Assembly (NCBI GenBank): GCA_951406725.2
Contig: OX597838.1
Location: 24,366,001-24,430,000, forward strand
Source: Octopus vulgaris
Lineage: Eukaryota
DNA length: 64,000 bases
Reading direction: 5' to 3'
The position numbers were made by a program, and so were the translations under genes. The notes under the pieces are model-generated. The model worked only from the letters and a program-made list of their open reading frames with translations, was not told where the DNA came from and did not search any database. Below, piece after piece: positions 59,491 to 64,000 of the stretch; within the stretch, counting starts at the first letter, position 1, and every line of letters begins with the position of its first letter.

Positions 59491-62400
59491 ACACACATAC
59501 ATATATGTATGTATGTATCTGACAGAAAAATATGATGCAAATATTCAAGTGTGATGTGTAGATTTTGTTTGATTGGACATTGGAAAAATACCCATCATGC
59601 ATTGCTTTGTTAGATCCTGTGTGGTTTAAATATGTTGAAAAAAAATAAAAATAATTTTTTAATTAAAAAAAAAATCTTTAAAAATAAGTGTATAATTTAA
59701 TTATTGTAAGAATACTTAAATTTATATAATTGTGACATAAAATTGGTTTAACTGTTTATAGCATTCAGATTACTCTGTCAAGTATCATACTTTTTTATCC
59801 GCATTGTTTGGAACTAGTCATGCATTATCGTGTGGCTTCAAGATTTCAAGGATGTGGTTGTTCATGTTTACAATGACTTTGTTGGGTAGGTGTAAGATGT
59901 TGGATCTGGCCAGTTTGAATATAAAAGGCAGAATAGTTTGGCCAAATATGGCTGGTTTAAATGCTCTTTCGAATTCAGACTGCTCTGTCAAAAGTAAAGC
60001 TTATTTATTCACACTTGTTTTGAACTAATCATGCATGATCTCATAGCTTTGAGATTTCGACAATGTGATTGACATTGTAGGGTAGATGTGAGAGTCTGGA
60101 TCTGGCTAGTTTGAACATAACATAACAGAGTAATTGGGCTGGATATGACTGGTTTAAACACTAAAGGGTTAAAGATAACACATACATGCATACATACACG
60201 ATAAATGATAAACGTTGCCCTTTTCAAGCCTAGCCAGGCTCATGGGCCTGGTTTCCGTGGCGTATGTGTCCCCACCAGCTGGACAGGACGCCAGTCCATC
60301 GCAGCGTTACTTAAGAAACAGGAAGAGAAAGTGAGAGAAATTTGTGGCGGAGGACAGGACGCCAGTCCATCGCAGCGTTACTTAAGAAACAGGAAGAGAA
60401 AGTGAGAGAAATTTGTGGTGGAAAAGTACAACAGAGGTCGCCACCACCCCTTGCCAGAGCCTCGTGGAGCTTTTTAGGTGTTTTCGCTCAATAAACACAC
60501 ACAATGCCTGGTCTGAAAATCGAAACCGCGATCCTCCGACTGCGAGTCCGCTGTCCTAACCACTGGGCCATTGCGCCTCCACTAAATTAAATGCGCCCTT
60601 TTTAAAGCTTAGCCAGGCTCATGGGCCCGGTTTCAATGGTGTATATATTCCCCAGCTGGATGGGACACCAGTCCATCACAGTGTTACTCAATTTTGCCAG
60701 CTGAGTGAACTGGAGCAATGTGAAATGAAGTGTTTTGCTCAAGAACACAACGCGTCGCCCGTCCAGGAATCGAAACCACAATCTTACAATCATGATGCTG
60801 ACACCCTAACCACTAAGCCACGTGCCTCCACACCTACACATATATGTGTGTAAGAAAGAGAGACTGTCTGTGAGGTTAAGAAATCTCTTCTTGATTCATG
60901 TTGACTCAGACTCAGTTCCACTTTGTGGCACTCTGAGCTGACCAAAGCCTTGTGAGTAGATTTAGTTGATGGAAACTGTAAAATGCCCATCATACACGTG
61001 CATAAGGTGGTTGGTGTTGGGAAAGGCATCCAGTCATAAAAACCATGCCAAAACAGATGGTGAATCCTGGTGCATTTTCTGCCTAGCCAGCCCCTGTCAA
61101 ACCGTCCAACCAATGCCAGCATGGGAAACAGACATTAAGTGATGGTGGTGGTGCTGCTGCTCTTTTTTCTTCTTATTACTATTATTGTTTTCTAGGCACA
61201 AGGCCTGAAATTTTGGGGGAGAGGGCCACTCGATTAGATCGACTCCAGTACACAACTAGTACTTAATTTATTGACAACAAAAAGATGAAAGGCAAAAATC
61301 GACCTCGGCAGAATTTGAACTCAGAACATAAAGACAGACGAAATACTGCTAAGCCTGTCGCCCGGTGTGCTGTTTCTGCCAGCTCACCGTCGCCACTATT
61401 ACTGTTAAGGCAGCGACCTGGTAGAATTGTTACCACACTGGGCAAAATGCTTAGAGGCATTTCATTCATCCCTATGTTCTAAGTTCAAATTCTGCTGAAA
61501 TCAACTTTGCCTTTCGTCCTTTTGGGGTCAATAAATTAAGTACCAGTCAAGTACTAGGGTCAGTGGAATCGACTAGTCCCCTCCCCCAAATTTCAGGCTT
61601 TGTGCCTTTAGCAGAAAGCATTATTATTATTATTACTACTGTTGAAGCTATACCAAAGCAGACATTGGAGCATGGTTCAGTCGTCCAACACATCAGATCC
61701 TATCAAAGTGTCTTCTGACCTGTGCTAGGATAAAAGACATGTTAAAAGATAATCACGACAATGGTGAAAGAAGTGTTCATTAGAGACCATGTTAAGACAG
61801 TGGATTAGAGGAATTATTAGAGCATTAGACAAAATCCTCATCTTTTAATGTCCACGTTCCGTGCAGACATGGGTTGGATGGCTCGACAGGATTTTACAAG
61901 TCTGAGGACTTGATCTGCTTTGGCATGGTTTCTGCAGCTGAACACCTTTCCTGTTTCCAGCCACTTTACAGAATACAAGGGGGTGCTGAAAAGTTCTTAA
62001 CTTTAGGTATAAGAAAATACAGGAAGATCGATTAATTAGGATTTTATTCAATATATTTCCCTCTCAGATTCACACTTATTGCAGCGGTTCTTCATTTTAT
62101 TCTAAGCCCTGTAAAAGAACTTAGGTTGGGCCTCTACCCAGGTTTTTCGCAATAACCTTGTAGCATGGAGCTTTTCAAAACTCCCCCATATACTAGGTGC
62201 TTTGCAGTATTTGTTTCAGTTCTTTATATTCTTAGTTCAACTCCCACCTTAAGTTAACTTTGCTTTTCATCCCTCAGGGGTTGATAAAATAAAGTACCAA
62301 TCATATTCTGGGGTTAATGGTATTAACTAATCCCTCACCTTTTGTTTGGTGTGTTAATGATTCTGCCAGCTTGCCATTTTAATAATAATAATCCTTTCTA

Positions 62401-63074
62401 CTATAAGCGCAAGGCTTGGATTTTGTGGGGAGCTGGGCAGTCGATCACATCAACCCAGTACTCAACTGGTACATAATCTATTGATCCCGAAAGGATGAAA
62501 GGCAAAGTTGACCTTGGCGTAATTTGAACTCAGAACATAGCGACAGATGAAATACCACTAAGCATTTCATCCAACATGCTAACAATTCTGCCAGCTCACC
62601 ACCTTAATAATAATGATTTCAAATTTTGACATAAGCCCAGGGAGGGGATAAATCAAGTACATTGATCCCCAGTGTTCAATTGGTACTTATTTTATCAATC
62701 CCCAAAGGATAAAAGGCAAAGCTGACCTCGGTGGAAACATTTTGCCCAGCATGCTAACAATTCTCCCAGCTCACTACCTTTTTAATAATAATAGTTACTA
62801 ATTTAGGCACAAGGCAAGCAACTTTTAAGGGAAGAAGTTAGACAATTACATCAACCCAACTACTTAATTGGCACCTATTTTATTAAACCCAGAGGTGAAT
62901 AACAAAGTCAACCCTGGAGCGGTTTGTACTCAAAATGAAAATAGCCAAAAACAAATACCACAAAAGATTTTCTCCAACCCTCTTAATAATTCTGCCCACA
63001 TAATCTTATTTCCTATTGTAAAAGTGGTTAAGTAAACTGTCATCAACAAATTAAAACAAAACCAAAAGCCAAGA

Positions 63075-63372
63075 TGAAATACATAGCTGTATTTATTAAA
63101 ATATTTTTGTTTTTAATTACTTCAAAAGAAAAAAATTGGTACGGCAAGAGTTTATATTACAACAATTTTATTATAATTAAATTTTCCACTAATGAATAAC
63201 AGAATGATCAAAGTGATAAATACACCAACACAGAATTGTTGTTCTTTAATATTAATGGGTGGGTAGTAGTAGTAGTAGTTGCAGCAGCAGCAGTACGAAC
63301 CAACCAGTCCGTCAGCAACAGTCCAGTTCCACTGTCTTCTAGCGTTCACCACTAGACAATGCTGGGCCAAAT
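63075..63372 (-). other. Possible terminal exon/3' UTR of a neighbouring gene to the right
   Basis: Pyrimidine tract + TAG acceptor at 63373, non-repetitive sequence, minus-strand AATAAA at about 63097. Confidence 0.3.
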
Positions 63373-63460
63373 CTACAGATGGAAAAAGTGTGTAGGGGCA
63401 GGGCAGGGTGGTGGGGAAAGGGTTACAGAGAGCAAAACCAGATTCAACTAGTTCGTAATA

Positions 63461-63499
<39 letters not shown>

Positions 63500-64000
63500 G
63501 TGCGCGCATAGACTTAGAAATAAAATTTTAAAATTAGCAGAGCTAGGCTAGTTCCAGTATCTTTGGGGATTAAAAGGGGATGGGGAAACAAATTGGAGGT
63601 TTCTGACATTCCAACCGATGCCAAATCAAGACAAAGAACTATGATAGTTTAATTACGTTTGAGTTCTAAAACTGAAAAACAGAGAACAGTTTGTTTTTGT
63701 TTTTTTGCCATAAGTTAAGCCTTAAATAAAAACTCAGAGATCGATAAATTAATATTCAAGCCATAGACTGGTGTGTTGCGACAGATACAACATTACACCC
63801 ACAAATATGTGTATATTTGCTTATTGGATGTTCATCAGATGACTTTTTTTTTGTTTTGTTTCACTGAGCTGGGTTTGTGGAAAAGTGCAGAGGGGGAGGA
63901 AAAGAGGGAGAGAGAGAACATATCTGCACTTGCAGTTATGCACCACACTCAGATCTCTACACCGATTACAGCAAGAGAACATAAAACTCAGAGAGCAGAA

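Noticed and set aside
63790-63868. Minus-strand coding exon of a neighbouring gene
   Set aside because: All three frames stop within about 16 codons of the acceptor; cannot be supported beyond a possible terminal exon

Overview
Repeat-rich animal genomic DNA. The SINE families and microsatellite load resemble an octopus/coleoid cephalopod genome (inferred, not database-checked). The main feature is a minus-strand androglobin (ADGB) gene, assembled by hand as 30 phase-consistent GT-AG coding exons from ATG 53721 down to 207 (3551 nt, about 1183 codons). It covers the calpain-like domain, the circularly permuted globin and the IQ motif, and continues past the left edge. Almost all ORFs in the supplied track are SINE or microsatellite artefacts. 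Main points of interest: (1) a complete type I hammerhead ribozyme in the sense strand of an ADGB intron, a G3:C8 core variant, and tRNA-headed SINEs with hammerhead relics; (2) a U12-type minor intron; (3) apparent loss of the globin heme ligands (His F8 to Leu, Gln E7 to Ser) and of the calpain Cys; (4) an RFX X-box in the promoter; (5) inverted repeats bracketing in-frame exon blocks; (6) a candidate small divergent gene. Comparisons with human ADGB rely on my recollection of that sequence and need a real alignment.
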